NCBI GenBank assembly: GCA_024235735.1
Contig: JACKLU010000009.1
Coordinates: forward strand, 24,667-88,666
Length of the DNA stretch: 64,000 nt
Reading direction: 5' to 3'
Source of the DNA: Burkholderiales bacterium
GTDB taxonomy: Bacteria > Pseudomonadota > Gammaproteobacteria > Burkholderiales > Nitrosomonadaceae
A program made the position numbers and the translations under genes. Shown here piece after piece: positions 28,691 to 40,077 of the stretch (its first letter is position 1; each line of letters starts with the position of its first letter). Under the pieces are notes generated by a model that was not told where the DNA came from, made no database searches, and saw only the letters and a list, made by a program, of their open reading frames with translations.

Positions 28691-28848
28691 AGGCAATTCT
28701 AAAAAATCCGGCATAATCCGGCATATTGCGTCAACAATATTTTGTTGCGCGCATAAATGTTTGCCCATGCCTCAATTATAAGCTGCGCGCACATTCTTGC
28801 TTGCGCTTCGCTTCGTTTTGTTTAAAACGCTGAATTATATAGGTGCCT
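28691..28848. repeat. Possible degenerate MITE/footprint
   Basis: Ends AGGCAATTCTAAAAAAT and (reverse complement) AGGCACCTATATAATT; similar TTTAGAG(G/A)T(G/T)C end-like motifs at about 11075, 38885 and 60869. No TSD seen. Confidence 0.3.
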
Positions 28849-29124
28849 GAATTCAGGGTTAATTAGAAGGCAGATTCAAGACTGTGTCAAAATACTCCAC
28901 CCAAATTGGCATCGTTCTATCACTTTGGCTTGCTTAATTCCTGTAGATTGTTTTTTCTTATGCGGCCGGTTTTTTTACGGCAATAAAATCGTTCAATTAT
29001 TCTGTATAAATTTGTTATACAATCCTTTGTTGTCTTGCTCGAGCAGTATTGCCGGGGATATAAAATAAAGTATAACGTAACGAATTGATTGTATTTTTTG
29101 TAAAGATAAAAAACTGGAGAAAAT

Positions 29125-29880
29125 ATGAAGGATATATCCAAACATAAATGGGTGACAAAATTGGGCGGTGTTGTTTTAGCCTCGTTCTTGGTGGCGCCTG
29201 CTTACGCACAGCTTATGCTCGCGCACGAAGGGCATCACGATGCGGGTGGATGTGAAATAAAAAATGGCGAATTTCCTATCGCATTCAGCGCCTATGAAGT
29301 ACCTGAAGGTGATATCCCGCCATTGCATTCATATTGTAAAAATATTCCCACACCTGGAAAAGTACAACTGACTGTTGAATTGTCTGACTGGGATTCGCGA
29401 GAGATACCACTGGCTGTTCGATTGGTCGAGGCGGGGCATGATCATCATGGCGTTCACGCCAGCCATGGAGATAATAAGGCATCATCTGGAGATAAAGCTG
29501 ACTCTGATCATGGTGGGCATGATATGCATGATCATGACGATCATGTGATGGAACATGAGGGGCCCGGTCATTCAGACCCAAGCGCTGCGGAGCATGGTAT
29601 AAACTACATCCCATACATGAAGCACTCTTCAGGTATTATTGTGGTTTCAGCAGATTTAAAGAAAGGGAATTATGAGGTACTTCTGGAAAGAAAAGATGAC
29701 GCTGGGAAAGTAGTCGTGGCTGGACGTATACCGTTTGCAGTTGGTGGGAGTGGGGGTGGTCACGCTGGTCATGGCGGTGGATTCGGGGTAATGGAAATCA
29801 GTCTTCTGATTATCGTTGCTGGCGGTGCCGCTTTCTATTATATGAATCGCAAAAAGAAAGATAATGAAAATAAGTCGTAG
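29125..29880 (+). CDS. PmoD/AmoD-AmoE-like periplasmic, C-terminally membrane-anchored protein with His-rich insertion
   Basis: Signal peptide; GGCEIK...FSAYE...YCKNIPTPG.V.L.VELSD..SREIPLAVR...P..KHSSGII follows the PmoD/AmoD pattern as recalled; 21 His; C-terminal TM plus RKKK. Confidence 0.7.
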   Translation: MKDISKHKWVTKLGGVVLASFLVAPAYAQLMLAHEGHHDAGGCEIKNGEFPIAFSAYEVPEGDIPPLHSYCKNIPTPGKVQLTVELSDWDSREIPLAVRLVEAGHDHHGVHASHGDNKASSGDKADSDHGGHDMHDHDDHVMEHEGPGHSDPSAAEHGINYIPYMKHSSGIIVVSADLKKGNYEVLLERKDDAGKVVVAGRIPFAVGGSGGGHAGHGGGFGVMEISLLIIVAGGAAFYYMNRKKKDNENKS

Positions 29881-29917
29881 ATATGTGTAATGTGTTTACT
29901 AATCATTAGAAAACGAC

Positions 29918-29946
29918 TTGACAGAGAAAAGTTGAGGCAGTAGTCT
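29918..29946 (+). promoter_or_regulatory. Sigma70 promoter of the hao operon
   Basis: TTGACA-N17-TAGTCT, implying a 5' leader of about 170 nt. Confidence 0.7.
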
Positions 29947-30125
29947 GGGTATTCGAAGAAGAAGTGCTGTGAGGTGCTGTTCTGAGGAGTGAGGCTATGA
30001 TTTGATGGTTGGCGCGCGGGATGTTATGCGGAAGCCATTGAAGGTAGAGAGGGCGGCGAAGGCACGGAGAAGAGGGTTAAGAAGGACCAATTGGGAATAA
30101 ACAGGAAAACATAAAGGAGAGAGAG

Positions 30126-31835
30126 ATGATTTCCAAGCTATGGCATAAATTGGCCATGTTTGCGGGCGCAATGGCGCTGGCTGGAGCTGCGCATGCGGCA
30201 GTACCGAGCGTGCCGGATGTAACGTATGAAGCACTGGGTTTGGACAGGAGCGCGACGCCGAAGCAATTGCACGAAGCGCTGGTGAAGCGTTACAAGGATC
30301 CTGAGCAAGGGTACGGGAAAGGCACGATGGGAGATTACTGGGAGCCGATCCAGCTGAGTACATACATGGATCCGGCGACCTTTTACGAGCCGCCGACATC
30401 GATGAGAGACAAAGCGGAACGTAAGGAATGCGTAGAGTGTCACACGGATGAATCGCCGGTATGGGTTAATGCATGGAAGAAGAGCACGCATGCGAATCTG
30501 GATAAAGTGCGCGCATTGAAGCCGGAAGATCCGACATATTACAAAAAAGCGAAACTTGAGGACGTAGAGAAGAATCTGCGTTCATTGGGTTACTTGAAAG
30601 AAGGCGAACCGCTGAAGGAAGTTGGCTGTATTGATTGTCACGCGGGGATTAATCAGCAGGGCAAGATTGACCACAGCAAAGACCTGATCATGCCGACGGC
30701 GGACGTATGTGGCAAATGCCACCTGCAGGAATTTGCCGAGCGTGAATCCGAGCGCGACACCATGATATGGCCGAACGGACAATGGCCGGATGGACGTCCT
30801 TCACACTCGCTGGACTACAAAGCCAACGTAGAGACCACGGTATGGGCGGCGATGCCGCAACGTGAAGTGGCCGAAGGCTGCACGATGTGTCACTACAACC
30901 AGAACAAATGCGACGGCTGCCATACCCGGCACGAATTCTCAGCGGCGGAATCCCGTAAACCGGAAGCCTGCGCGACCTGCCACAGTGGTGTAGATCACAA
31001 CAACTGGGAAGCGTACTCCATGTCCAAGCACGGCAAGATTGTTGCGATGCTGGGCGACAAATGGAACTGGGAAGTTGAGCTCAAAGACGCCTACAGCAAA
31101 GGTGGACAGACAGCGCCGACCTGCGCGGGTTGCCATATGGAATTTGAAGGCGAGTATGCGCACAACATGGTCAGGAAAATCCGCTGGGCGAACTATCCGT
31201 TTGTACCCGGCATAGCCGAGAACATCAACAGCGAATGGTCGGAAGAAAGACTGGATGCATGGGTAATTACCTGCACCCAATGTCACTCAGAGCGTTTCGC
31301 ACGTTCCTATCTTGATCTGATGGACAAAGGCACGCTGCAGGGACTGGCGAAATACCAGGACGCGCACGCGGTCGTATCGAAACTGTACGAAGAAGGACTG
31401 CTGTCAGGACAGAAGACCAACCGTCCGAATCCACCGGCGCCAGAGAAGCCTGGATTCATGATCTTCACACAGCTGTTCTGGTCGCAGGACAACAACCCGG
31501 CGTCAATGGAGCTCAAAGTACTTGAAATGGGCGAAAACGATCTGGCCAAAATGCACGTAGGTTTTGCGCACGTCAACCCGGGCGGCTGGACATACACCGA
31601 AGGTTGGGGGCCGATGAACCGTGCATACGTTGAAGTACAGGACGAAAACACACGGATACGTGAAATGGTTGCATTAAAAGAACGCGTGGCCAAACTCGAA
31701 GGCAAACGCACAAGCTTACTCGACCTTGACAGCACGGCAGAGAAGATTTCGCTGGGCGGTTTAGGTGGCGGCATGCTGCTGGCTGGTACATTAGCACTGG
31801 CGGGCTGGCGCAAACGTAAGCAAAGCGAAGCTTGA
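30126..31835 (+). CDS. haoA: Hydroxylamine oxidoreductase (octaheme, oxidative type)
   Basis: Eight CxxCH motifs; cross-linking Tyr context GGWTYTEGW; signal peptide; C-terminal hydrophobic tail. Confidence 0.98.
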   Translation: MISKLWHKLAMFAGAMALAGAAHAAVPSVPDVTYEALGLDRSATPKQLHEALVKRYKDPEQGYGKGTMGDYWEPIQLSTYMDPATFYEPPTSMRDKAERKECVECHTDESPVWVNAWKKSTHANLDKVRALKPEDPTYYKKAKLEDVEKNLRSLGYLKEGEPLKEVGCIDCHAGINQQGKIDHSKDLIMPTADVCGKCHLQEFAERESERDTMIWPNGQWPDGRPSHSLDYKANVETTVWAAMPQREVAEGCTMCHYNQNKCDGCHTRHEFSAAESRKPEACATCHSGVDHNNWEAYSMSKHGKIVAMLGDKWNWEVELKDAYSKGGQTAPTCAGCHMEFEGEYAHNMVRKIRWANYPFVPGIAENINSEWSEERLDAWVITCTQCHSERFARSYLDLMDKGTLQGLAKYQDAHAVVSKLYEEGLLSGQKTNRPNPPAPEKPGFMIFTQLFWSQDNNPASMELKVLEMGENDLAKMHVGFAHVNPGGWTYTEGWGPMNRAYVEVQDENTRIREMVALKERVAKLEGKRTSLLDLDSTAEKISLGGLGGGMLLAGTLALAGWRKRKQSEA

Positions 31836-32878
31836 TACCCGCAGAGACAACCGATCGCGACGCGCAAGCGAAGCGGTCGGGAAATAAACTACTCCCGTCA
31901 TTAGGACTGCTCCTGGTGACGGGAGGTTTGGTTTTATTGGGATGGGTTGCGTATACCACGTGGATCAAACCGGTAGACGCGCCCTATCATTATCAGCACG
32001 TATCGACTGGAAATCCGCAGCAATATCCCGATCTCGAACTGGACGACTGGCCAGAGCTCACCATCAATCGGTATGATGTCATCGTGCCAGACATAGCCAA
32101 GCCCATAGCACAAGCCACCGTAGCACAACGTGAAAACAGTGCGCCGGTATTGATCAAATGGCAAAACAACAGTAAAGAAATACTGCATACACTGGACTGG
32201 AAATCAAGCGAACTCAGTGCGTTGGCCAAAGCGATCAAGCAATACGCGCCCAGAGATGCATTACTGCTGGCGTGGTGGGATCTATCACAGCAATTGAACC
32301 TGCTGACCGAATACGAAACCCTGTTCACCAATCACCTGAAAGAACCGCAAATCATACCGCAGCACTGGCTGAAATACAGCCGGGCGATAGACGCTTATGA
32401 GAATGCGTTCTGGCAAAACAAAGCACAGCGGAAAGAAATCGAAAACTTCGGGCAATTCAGCCTTGCACTGGCATCGAAACCGGAAGAAGGCGTGCCGATG
32501 CTGCGCAAACTGATCGGATCCGACCGTGAAGCCTATCTGATAGTGCATGTCACCGACCTGTACAAACTGGGGCTCATGTACCCGGAAAGAATAGGCGTCG
32601 CATACCAGAACTTTCCGTTAAGCGGGAACATACACGGCATGATCAATCACATGAAAGTGCAGCTCAAAGAAAACGACTTTGACACCTACACCCTGCAATC
32701 GATCACGGACTCAGAGATCAGAGTATATTTTCTAAGCGATGAAGAAAGCAGTCAGTCCCTGCTTGCGCAAATGCTGCCTTTCACCGACAAACCCGCGCCA
32801 ATGGAACTGGAAGCACTCGAGCTACTCTATCAGAGAGGAGGCTACTGGTTATACAAAATACCTGGAGAACGGGGATAG
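31832..32878 (+). CDS. haoB: Hydroxylamine oxidation protein HaoB (orf2)
   Basis: TTG start overlapping the haoA stop; N-terminal TM; LLAWWD motif; canonical position between haoA and cycA. Confidence 0.92.
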   Translation: MIPAETTDRDAQAKRSGNKLLPSLGLLLVTGGLVLLGWVAYTTWIKPVDAPYHYQHVSTGNPQQYPDLELDDWPELTINRYDVIVPDIAKPIAQATVAQRENSAPVLIKWQNNSKEILHTLDWKSSELSALAKAIKQYAPRDALLLAWWDLSQQLNLLTEYETLFTNHLKEPQIIPQHWLKYSRAIDAYENAFWQNKAQRKEIENFGQFSLALASKPEEGVPMLRKLIGSDREAYLIVHVTDLYKLGLMYPERIGVAYQNFPLSGNIHGMINHMKVQLKENDFDTYTLQSITDSEIRVYFLSDEESSQSLLAQMLPFTDKPAPMELEALELLYQRGGYWLYKIPGERG

Positions 32879-33040
32879 AGAAAAGCGTCACAGTCATATA
32901 GAATAGCGCGCTGGCGAAAGAACAAAATCGGAACCAGAACTAAAGCGCGCGAACCGATCCCGGATGACCTTTACAGCGACGGGGGATAGCGTAAAATAAG
33001 CGGCATACCAACATGAAATAAAAAAGCACAAGGAGGAAGG

Positions 33041-33769
33041 ATGAAACACCCAATAACTTACATACTGGCGCTCATAGCGCTATTTGCGTTTTTTCCGGGC
33101 ACAGTAGCGGCGGATTTTGAAGGGCGTAAGAAATGCAGCTCCTGCCACAAATCCCAGGCCAAAGCGTGGGGAGAAACGGCGCATGCCAACGCGATGGAAT
33201 CACTCAAGGCAGGCGAGCGCAAGGAAGCAAAAGTCAAAGCTGGACTGGATCCTGACAAAGATTATACGCAGGACAAAGACTGCGTCGGTTGTCACGTGGA
33301 TGGCTGGGGAGAAAAAGGCGGTTACACGATAGAGAAACCTAAAAAAATGCTGGCGGCAGTTGGCTGTGAATCGTGTCACGGGCCAGGCAAGAAATATCGT
33401 GGCGATCATCGCAAAGGCGGTCAGGCATTCGAGAAATCAGGAAAGACCACCCAACGGTCCGTACTGTCGAAAAAAGGACAGGACTTTCACTTTGAAGAAT
33501 CCTGTGCTTCGTGTCACCTGAACTATGAAGGATCGGGCTGGAAAGGAGCGAAAGCGCCCTATACGCCATTTACCCCGGAAGTTGACGAGAAATACCGGTT
33601 TGACTTTGACAAAATGGTAAAGAATGACAAAGCGATGCATGCGCACTACAAACTGGATGGTGCATTTGTAGGCGAACCGAAATTCAAATATCACGACGAA
33701 TTCCAGGCCAACGCACAGGAAGGCGAGAAAGGCGGGGATGACGACGAAGATGATGGCGATGACGACTAA
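33041..33769 (+). CDS. cycA: Cytochrome c554 (tetraheme)
   Basis: CSSCH, CVGCH, CESCHGPG, CASCH; KAPYTPFTPEVD. Confidence 0.96.
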   Translation: MKHPITYILALIALFAFFPGTVAADFEGRKKCSSCHKSQAKAWGETAHANAMESLKAGERKEAKVKAGLDPDKDYTQDKDCVGCHVDGWGEKGGYTIEKPKKMLAAVGCESCHGPGKKYRGDHRKGGQAFEKSGKTTQRSVLSKKGQDFHFEESCASCHLNYEGSGWKGAKAPYTPFTPEVDEKYRFDFDKMVKNDKAMHAHYKLDGAFVGEPKFKYHDEFQANAQEGEKGGDDDEDDGDDD

Positions 33770-33781
33770 AGGGAGACCCGA

Positions 33782-34456
33782 ATGACCGTATTACAGAAAG
33801 GCGCGATCGGAACGTTACTGACCGGGGCGCTGCTTGGGATCGTACTGATTGGGGTAGTGTTTGGAGGAGAAGCGGCGCTGTCGACGGAAGAATTCTGCAC
33901 GAGCTGCCATTCGATGACGTACACACAGGACGAATTGAAGGAATCGACGCATTATGGCGCACTGGGCGTCAATCCTGGCTGCAAGGACTGTCATATACCG
34001 CAGGGATTCAGGAATTTCCATCTGGCGGTATATACGCACGTTGTGGATGGAGCGCGGGAATTGTGGCTGGAGCTGGTGAATGATTATTCGACGCTGGAGA
34101 AATTCAATGAGCGTCGCTTGATCATGGCGCACGATGCGCGGATGAATCTGAAGAAATGGGACAGTGTGACCTGTCGGGATTGTCATAAGAACCCTGATCC
34201 GCCGGGAGAAGATGCGCAGGCGGCGCACAAGCGGATGGAAACGCATGGAGCGACGTGTATAGATTGTCATCAGAATCTGGTGCATGAAGAAGCGCCGATG
34301 ACGGATCTGGATGCGAGCCGGGAGCAGAAGAAGCTGGTATTGAAGGCTGACGGCTGGGATGACTGGGATGGGGCAGACGAGGACGATGAAGACGACGAGG
34401 ACGAGGATGAAGACGACGATGAAGACGACGATGAAGAAGATGAAGACGATGATTAA
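33782..34456 (+). CDS. cycB: Cytochrome cM552 (NapC/NirT-family tetraheme quinone reductase)
   Basis: N-terminal TM; CTSCH, CKDCH, CRDCH, CIDCH; poly-D/E tail. Confidence 0.96.
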   Translation: MTVLQKGAIGTLLTGALLGIVLIGVVFGGEAALSTEEFCTSCHSMTYTQDELKESTHYGALGVNPGCKDCHIPQGFRNFHLAVYTHVVDGARELWLELVNDYSTLEKFNERRLIMAHDARMNLKKWDSVTCRDCHKNPDPPGEDAQAAHKRMETHGATCIDCHQNLVHEEAPMTDLDASREQKKLVLKADGWDDWDGADEDDEDDEDEDEDDDEDDDEEDEDDD

Positions 34457-34704
34457 GTCTTTTTGTTCTCGTTCTTAAAACATGAGTTTTAAGAACTGAT
34501 CGAATTTTCAAATGGGTTAAAATTTTTGCATGTAATTCCTGTGGCTAGCTAGCGCCGCACCGGCATGAACAGATTTAAATCGAGTCATGCTGGTGCATGC
34601 GTAAAGCTTCCGGTGAATAAGGCAATAAATTAAAAGTATTAGCGCTCTATGGGTAATAGAGTTATATGAAGCATTATTTCCTTTAGCGTATCCAAAGCTT
34701 AATG

Positions 34705-34728
34705 ACCCGCATCAGCGGGTTTTTTTTT
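34705..34728 (+). terminator. Rho-independent terminator immediately before the next gene's SD
   Basis: ACCCGC-atca-GCGGGT followed by a T-run to 34728. Confidence 0.75.
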
Positions 34729-34738
34729 GAGAGTTTCA

Positions 34739-35494
34739 ATGTTAAATCACTTGTCACATCCGGAGATGCAATATCCGCATCGTAGTCGAGATTATTTTAT
34801 AGCCGGATTTACTTTTTTTTGTGTTGCAGTAAGCCTCGTCATTGATGGCAGTGCAAGTCTAGAAACGCAGAACCTATTGGGCGTCATTGCGTGGATTTTT
34901 TTATTTGCACTTCTTGTCGGGGAAAATAGAGAAGTAAGAATGCAAGTGGTTATCGCTGTTGCGTTTGCAACTGCCGGCGAACATTTTGCCTCCATTTATA
35001 TGGAAGGTTATACCTATCGCTTTGGAAATGTACCGCATTATGTTCCACCAGGTCACGGCATGGTTTATTTAACGGCCGTTGCGCTGGCACGATCAGGTTT
35101 TTTTCAAATGCATGCGCGCAAAATAGCAATTTTTGTATTTGTTACAGGTGGATTATGGTCGGTCTGGGGAATCAGCGGAATACCTGAGCAAGGTGATCAG
35201 GTAGGCGCATTTCTTTTTGTGATTTTTGTAATATGCGTACTAAAAGGACGGTCGCCTTTAGTTTATCTGGGGGCTTTTTTCATTTGCACATGGCTCGAAA
35301 TTGTTGGAACGGCTGCTGGCACCTGGAAATGGGCGGAAATTGAACCGGTATTCGATTGGTCGCAGGGTAATCCGCCAAGTGGTGTTGCAGCTTGGTATTG
35401 CTTAGTTGACGCGGTTGCAATTGGATTTGCGCCGATCTGTCTGCGCGGATTGAAAAAAATTACAAATTGGTATAAAAGATCGATCATCAGTTGA
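34739..35494 (+). CDS. Conserved multi-pass membrane protein downstream of cycB (possibly the AOB 'orfM')
   Basis: About 7 hydrophobic segments; GEHFAS...YTYRFGNVPHYVPPGHG and GNPPSG motifs; start placed at ATG 34739 after GAGAG. The orfM identity is recalled, not verified. Confidence 0.7.
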   Translation: MLNHLSHPEMQYPHRSRDYFIAGFTFFCVAVSLVIDGSASLETQNLLGVIAWIFLFALLVGENREVRMQVVIAVAFATAGEHFASIYMEGYTYRFGNVPHYVPPGHGMVYLTAVALARSGFFQMHARKIAIFVFVTGGLWSVWGISGIPEQGDQVGAFLFVIFVICVLKGRSPLVYLGAFFICTWLEIVGTAAGTWKWAEIEPVFDWSQGNPPSGVAAWYCLVDAVAIGFAPICLRGLKKITNWYKRSIIS

Positions 35495-35548
35495 TACGTG
35501 ATTGTGAAATTGAATGATTTTAGATAATTCTAAATTAGGAAAAAACAA

Positions 35549-37456
35549 GTGACTGTAATTCGATTACCGGACGGCTCGGAAAGAGTATTTGAACATCCTG
35601 TGACCGTAATGGATGTGGCAGCCTCAATAGGAACAGGACTAGCACGCGCAGCTATAGCAGGAAAGATCAATGGCAAATTGGTCGACCTTGATCGACTGAT
35701 TAAAGAAGATAGTGAACTCACAATTATTACAGAGAAAGATGCTGAGGGTCTTGAAATTATCAGGCATTCCAGTGCACACCTTTTAGCGCATGCGGTAAAA
35801 GAATTATTTCCAGAGGTACAAGTAACTATCGGGCCAGTGATTGAGGATGGTTTTTATTATGATTTTTCTTATAAACGTCCGTTTACGCCGGAAGATCTTG
35901 ATGCGATAGAACATCGAATGCTTGAAATTAGCAAGCGAAATATCAAAATCGAGAGAAAGGTTTGGGAACGCTCAGCGGCAATCAGTTTTTTTAAACGACT
36001 GGGTGAGCACTATAAAGCACAGATTATTGAATCGATACCCGGCGAGGAAGATTTGACACTGTATACGCAGGGGAATTTTACCGATTTATGTCGCGGCCCT
36101 CACGTTCCGAATACTTCCAAGCTCAAAATATTTAAGTTGATGAAAGTTGCTGGAGCGTATTGGCGGGGCGATTCAAAAAATGAGATGCTTCAAAGAATCT
36201 ACGGAACGGCATGGACAACAAAGAATGATCAGAATGATTATTTGCACAAACTGGAAGAGGCGGAAAAAAGAGATCATCGTAAAATAGGTAAACAGCTGGA
36301 TTTGTTTCATACACAAGATGAAGCGCCTGGCATGGTATTCTGGCATCCGAAAGGATGGATACTGTGGCAGCAAATAGAGCAGTATATGCGGTGTGTGCAG
36401 AATGAAAATGAGTACCAGGAAATTCGCACCCCCCAGGTTCTGGACAAGGAATTGTGGAAGCAGTCCGGTCATTGGGATAATTTTCGTGAAAATATGTTTA
36501 TCACGGACACCGAAGATCGAAGCTTTGCGATTAAACCGATGAACTGTCCGGGGCATGTGCAGATCTTCAAGCAAGGACTCAGAAGTTATCGCGACTTACC
36601 AATGAGACTCGCTGAATTTGGCTCGTGTCATCGTAACGAGGCTTCTGGGGCACTGCACGGTATTATGCGTGTTCGAGGTTTTACGCAGGATGATGCACAT
36701 ATTTTTTGCACGGAAGATCAAATTCAGGGCGAAGTAGTGAAGTTTATAAACTTGTTAAAGTTTGTTTACGCAGATTTCGGATTTAAGGATATTCTGGTCA
36801 AACTGTCGACGCGTCCGATTAAACGCGTGGGTACAGATAATCAGTGGGATAAATCAGAAAGCGCACTAGAAGCCGCGCTCGATCAAGCAGGATTGGAGTG
36901 GGAATTGCAGCCGGGAGAAGGCGCATTTTACGGACCAAAAATAGAATTTGCATTAAAAGATTGCATTGGTCGAATATGGCAATGCGGTACACTGCAGCTG
37001 GATTTTTCCATGCCTGAACGCCTGGGTGCGGAATATGTTGCAGAAGACAATACACGACAAGTGCCGGTTATGTTGCACAGGGCTATTTTAGGGTCGCTGG
37101 AACGTTTTATCGGAATTTTAATAGAACATTATGCCGGTGTATTTCCTCTGTGGTTGGCCCCGATTCAGGTTGCTGTATTGAATATATCCAAGGGGCAAGC
37201 AGAATATGTGGAGAAAGTGACAAGAGAATTAAAACGGTGTGGGTTCAGAGTGATACAAGACTTGAGAAATGAGAAAATAACCTATAAAATCCGTGAGCAC
37301 AGCTTACAGAAGCTTCCTTATCAAATTATTGTAGGTGACGCGGAAGTAAATGCTAATCTGGTTTCTGTGCGTATTCGTGGCGGAGAAGATTTAGGTCAAA
37401 TGTCGCTAGAAAATCTGATTAAGCGTCTTAAAAAGGAAGTTGAATTAAAGCAATGA
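35549..37456 (+). CDS. thrS: Threonine--tRNA ligase
   Basis: TGS domain, [33 protein letters not shown]. Confidence 0.98.
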   Translation: MTVIRLPDGSERVFEHPVTVMDVAASIGTGLARAAIAGKINGKLVDLDRLIKEDSELTIITEKDAEGLEIIRHSSAHLLAHAVKELFPEVQVTIGPVIEDGFYYDFSYKRPFTPEDLDAIEHRMLEISKRNIKIERKVWERSAAISFFKRLGEHYKAQIIESIPGEEDLTLYTQGNFTDLCRGPHVPNTSKLKIFKLMKVAGAYWRGDSKNEMLQRIYGTAWTTKNDQNDYLHKLEEAEKRDHRKIGKQLDLFHTQDEAPGMVFWHPKGWILWQQIEQYMRCVQNENEYQEIRTPQVLDKELWKQSGHWDNFRENMFITDTEDRSFAIKPMNCPGHVQIFKQGLRSYRDLPMRLAEFGSCHRNEASGALHGIMRVRGFTQDDAHIFCTEDQIQGEVVKFINLLKFVYADFGFKDILVKLSTRPIKRVGTDNQWDKSESALEAALDQAGLEWELQPGEGAFYGPKIEFALKDCIGRIWQCGTLQLDFSMPERLGAEYVAEDNTRQVPVMLHRAILGSLERFIGILIEHYAGVFPLWLAPIQVAVLNISKGQAEYVEKVTRELKRCGFRVIQDLRNEKITYKIREHSLQKLPYQIIVGDAEVNANLVSVRIRGGEDLGQMSLENLIKRLKKEVELKQ

Positions 37457-37486
37457 TTTTTCATTTAGATTATATGGAGAATTGCC

Positions 37487-38056
37487 ATAGTACAAGAAAA
37501 GGCAGCGCGCATAAATGATGAAATAGATGTGCCAGAAGTACGCTTAATTGGCTTGGACGGTGAGCAGATGGGTATAGTGATGCTGGCTGAAGCCAATGAG
37601 CTGGCTGAAGAAGCAGGAGTGGATCTGGTCGAGATAGCGCCAACAGCACAACCTCCAGTTTGTCGGTTGATGGATTATGGAAAGTTTCGTTATCAAGAAA
37701 GTAAACGAAAACATGATGCGAAACTGAAACAAAAGCAGGTACAAATAAAGGAAATCAAATTTAGACCTAATACGGATGAAGGCGATTATCGAATCAAGTT
37801 ACGCAATTTGATAAATTTCTTGAACGATGGTGATAAAGTCAAGGTAACACTCCGGTTTCGTGGTCGTGAGATGGCGCATCAGGAATTTGGTGTGCGTATT
37901 CTTGAGCGCGTAAGAGATGATCTGGACTCTTATGCGACAGTAGAGCAATTTCCAAAAATGGAAGGCAGACAAATGGTGATGGTGTTATCACCAAAGAAAA
38001 AGGAAACGAAAACAAGTAAAACAAAAACAGCGACCAGTGATTCCATTCCAACATGA
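37487..38056 (+). CDS. infC: Translation initiation factor IF-3 with non-canonical ATA start
   Basis: GGAG SD 7 nt before an in-frame ATA at 37487 ([13 protein letters not shown]..), upstream of the track's GTG at 37529; [17 protein letters not shown]. Confidence 0.93.
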   Translation: MVQEKAARINDEIDVPEVRLIGLDGEQMGIVMLAEANELAEEAGVDLVEIAPTAQPPVCRLMDYGKFRYQESKRKHDAKLKQKQVQIKEIKFRPNTDEGDYRIKLRNLINFLNDGDKVKVTLRFRGREMAHQEFGVRILERVRDDLDSYATVEQFPKMEGRQMVMVLSPKKKETKTSKTKTATSDSIPT

Positions 38057-38209
38057 TGGTCAGGTCAATAGATGTTTTTTTATGATTGTGTGTCTACAGG
38101 GGCATGTAGTATTAGAAGTGAACGTATTACAAGTGATGAAGGGTTATAAAAGTTTTTCATAAATAATATGGAAACACCTGAAGTCATATTATAAAAGGAG
38201 GGTATAGCA

Positions 38210-38407
38210 ATGCCTAAAATGAAGACTAAAAGCAGCGCGGCAAAACGCTTTAAAGTTCGCGCTAGCGGAAGTATTAAACGTGCGCAGGCTTTCAAGCGTC
38301 ATATACTGACAAAAAAAACGACAAAGAATAAACGACAACTCAGAGGAATAACCAGTGTTCATCCCAGTGATGCTTCGTCGGTTCATTCAATGTTGCCTTA
38401 TGCATAG
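38210..38407 (+). CDS. rpmI: 50S ribosomal protein L35
   Basis: [15 protein letters not shown]...HILTKK. Confidence 0.97.
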   Translation: MPKMKTKSSAAKRFKVRASGSIKRAQAFKRHILTKKTTKNKRQLRGITSVHPSDASSVHSMLPYA

Positions 38408-38419
38408 GAGTGTTGATCA

Positions 38420-38779
38420 ATGCCTAGAGTAAAACGTGGTGTTACGGCGCATGCGCGACATAAAAAAATTCTCAATCTTGCAAAGGGGTATAGAGGGCGT
38501 CGTAAGAATGTATATCGAATTGCCAAGCAAGCAGTGATGAAAGCTGGACAATACGCTTATCGTGACAGGCGTCAACGTAAACGGCAATTCAGAGCATTAT
38601 GGATTGCGCGTATCAATGCGGCAGCACGGGAATGCGGATTGTCCTACAGCGTTTTTATGAATGGTTTGAAAAAAGCAAGCATTGGAATCGATAGAAAAGT
38701 ATTGGCTGATTTAGCAATATTTGACAAAATTGCTTTCGAGAAAATTGTTGAACGGGCTAAAGAAAGTTTGGCTATCTGA
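38420..38779 (+). CDS. rplT: 50S ribosomal protein L20
   Basis: MPRVKRGV...AKGYRGRR...[24 protein letters not shown]. Confidence 0.98.
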   Translation: MPRVKRGVTAHARHKKILNLAKGYRGRRKNVYRIAKQAVMKAGQYAYRDRRQRKRQFRALWIARINAAARECGLSYSVFMNGLKKASIGIDRKVLADLAIFDKIAFEKIVERAKESLAI

Positions 38780-38798
38780 ATATTTTCTCAACAGAAAT

Positions 38799-38834
38799 AG
38801 GGAGGTGTTGGGTTTGACCCAAACCTCCCTTTTT
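38799..38834 (+). terminator. Terminator after rplT
   Basis: AGGGAGGT-gTTGGGT-ttg-ACCCAA-ACCTCCCT followed by TTTT. Confidence 0.75.
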
Positions 38835-39015
38835 ATATTGACCATGAGCGAGTGTGCGTAATTGGATTTTTCCGGAACCTGGCATTTTTAGAGGTTGCAA
38901 TTATTACTTAGTAAGTCATTGATGAGCAGCAAAGGGGAGGGCTCTGGTGTTGCTGGAGTACCAAAGGGTTTGAAGTGAAGTGAATTGTACAGTTTGAATA
39001 AAATATTGAGCTTAG

Positions 39016-40041
<1,026 letters not shown>

Positions 40042-40077
40042 CAAGATCATTGTGATTTCATAATAAGTATAAAGGCC

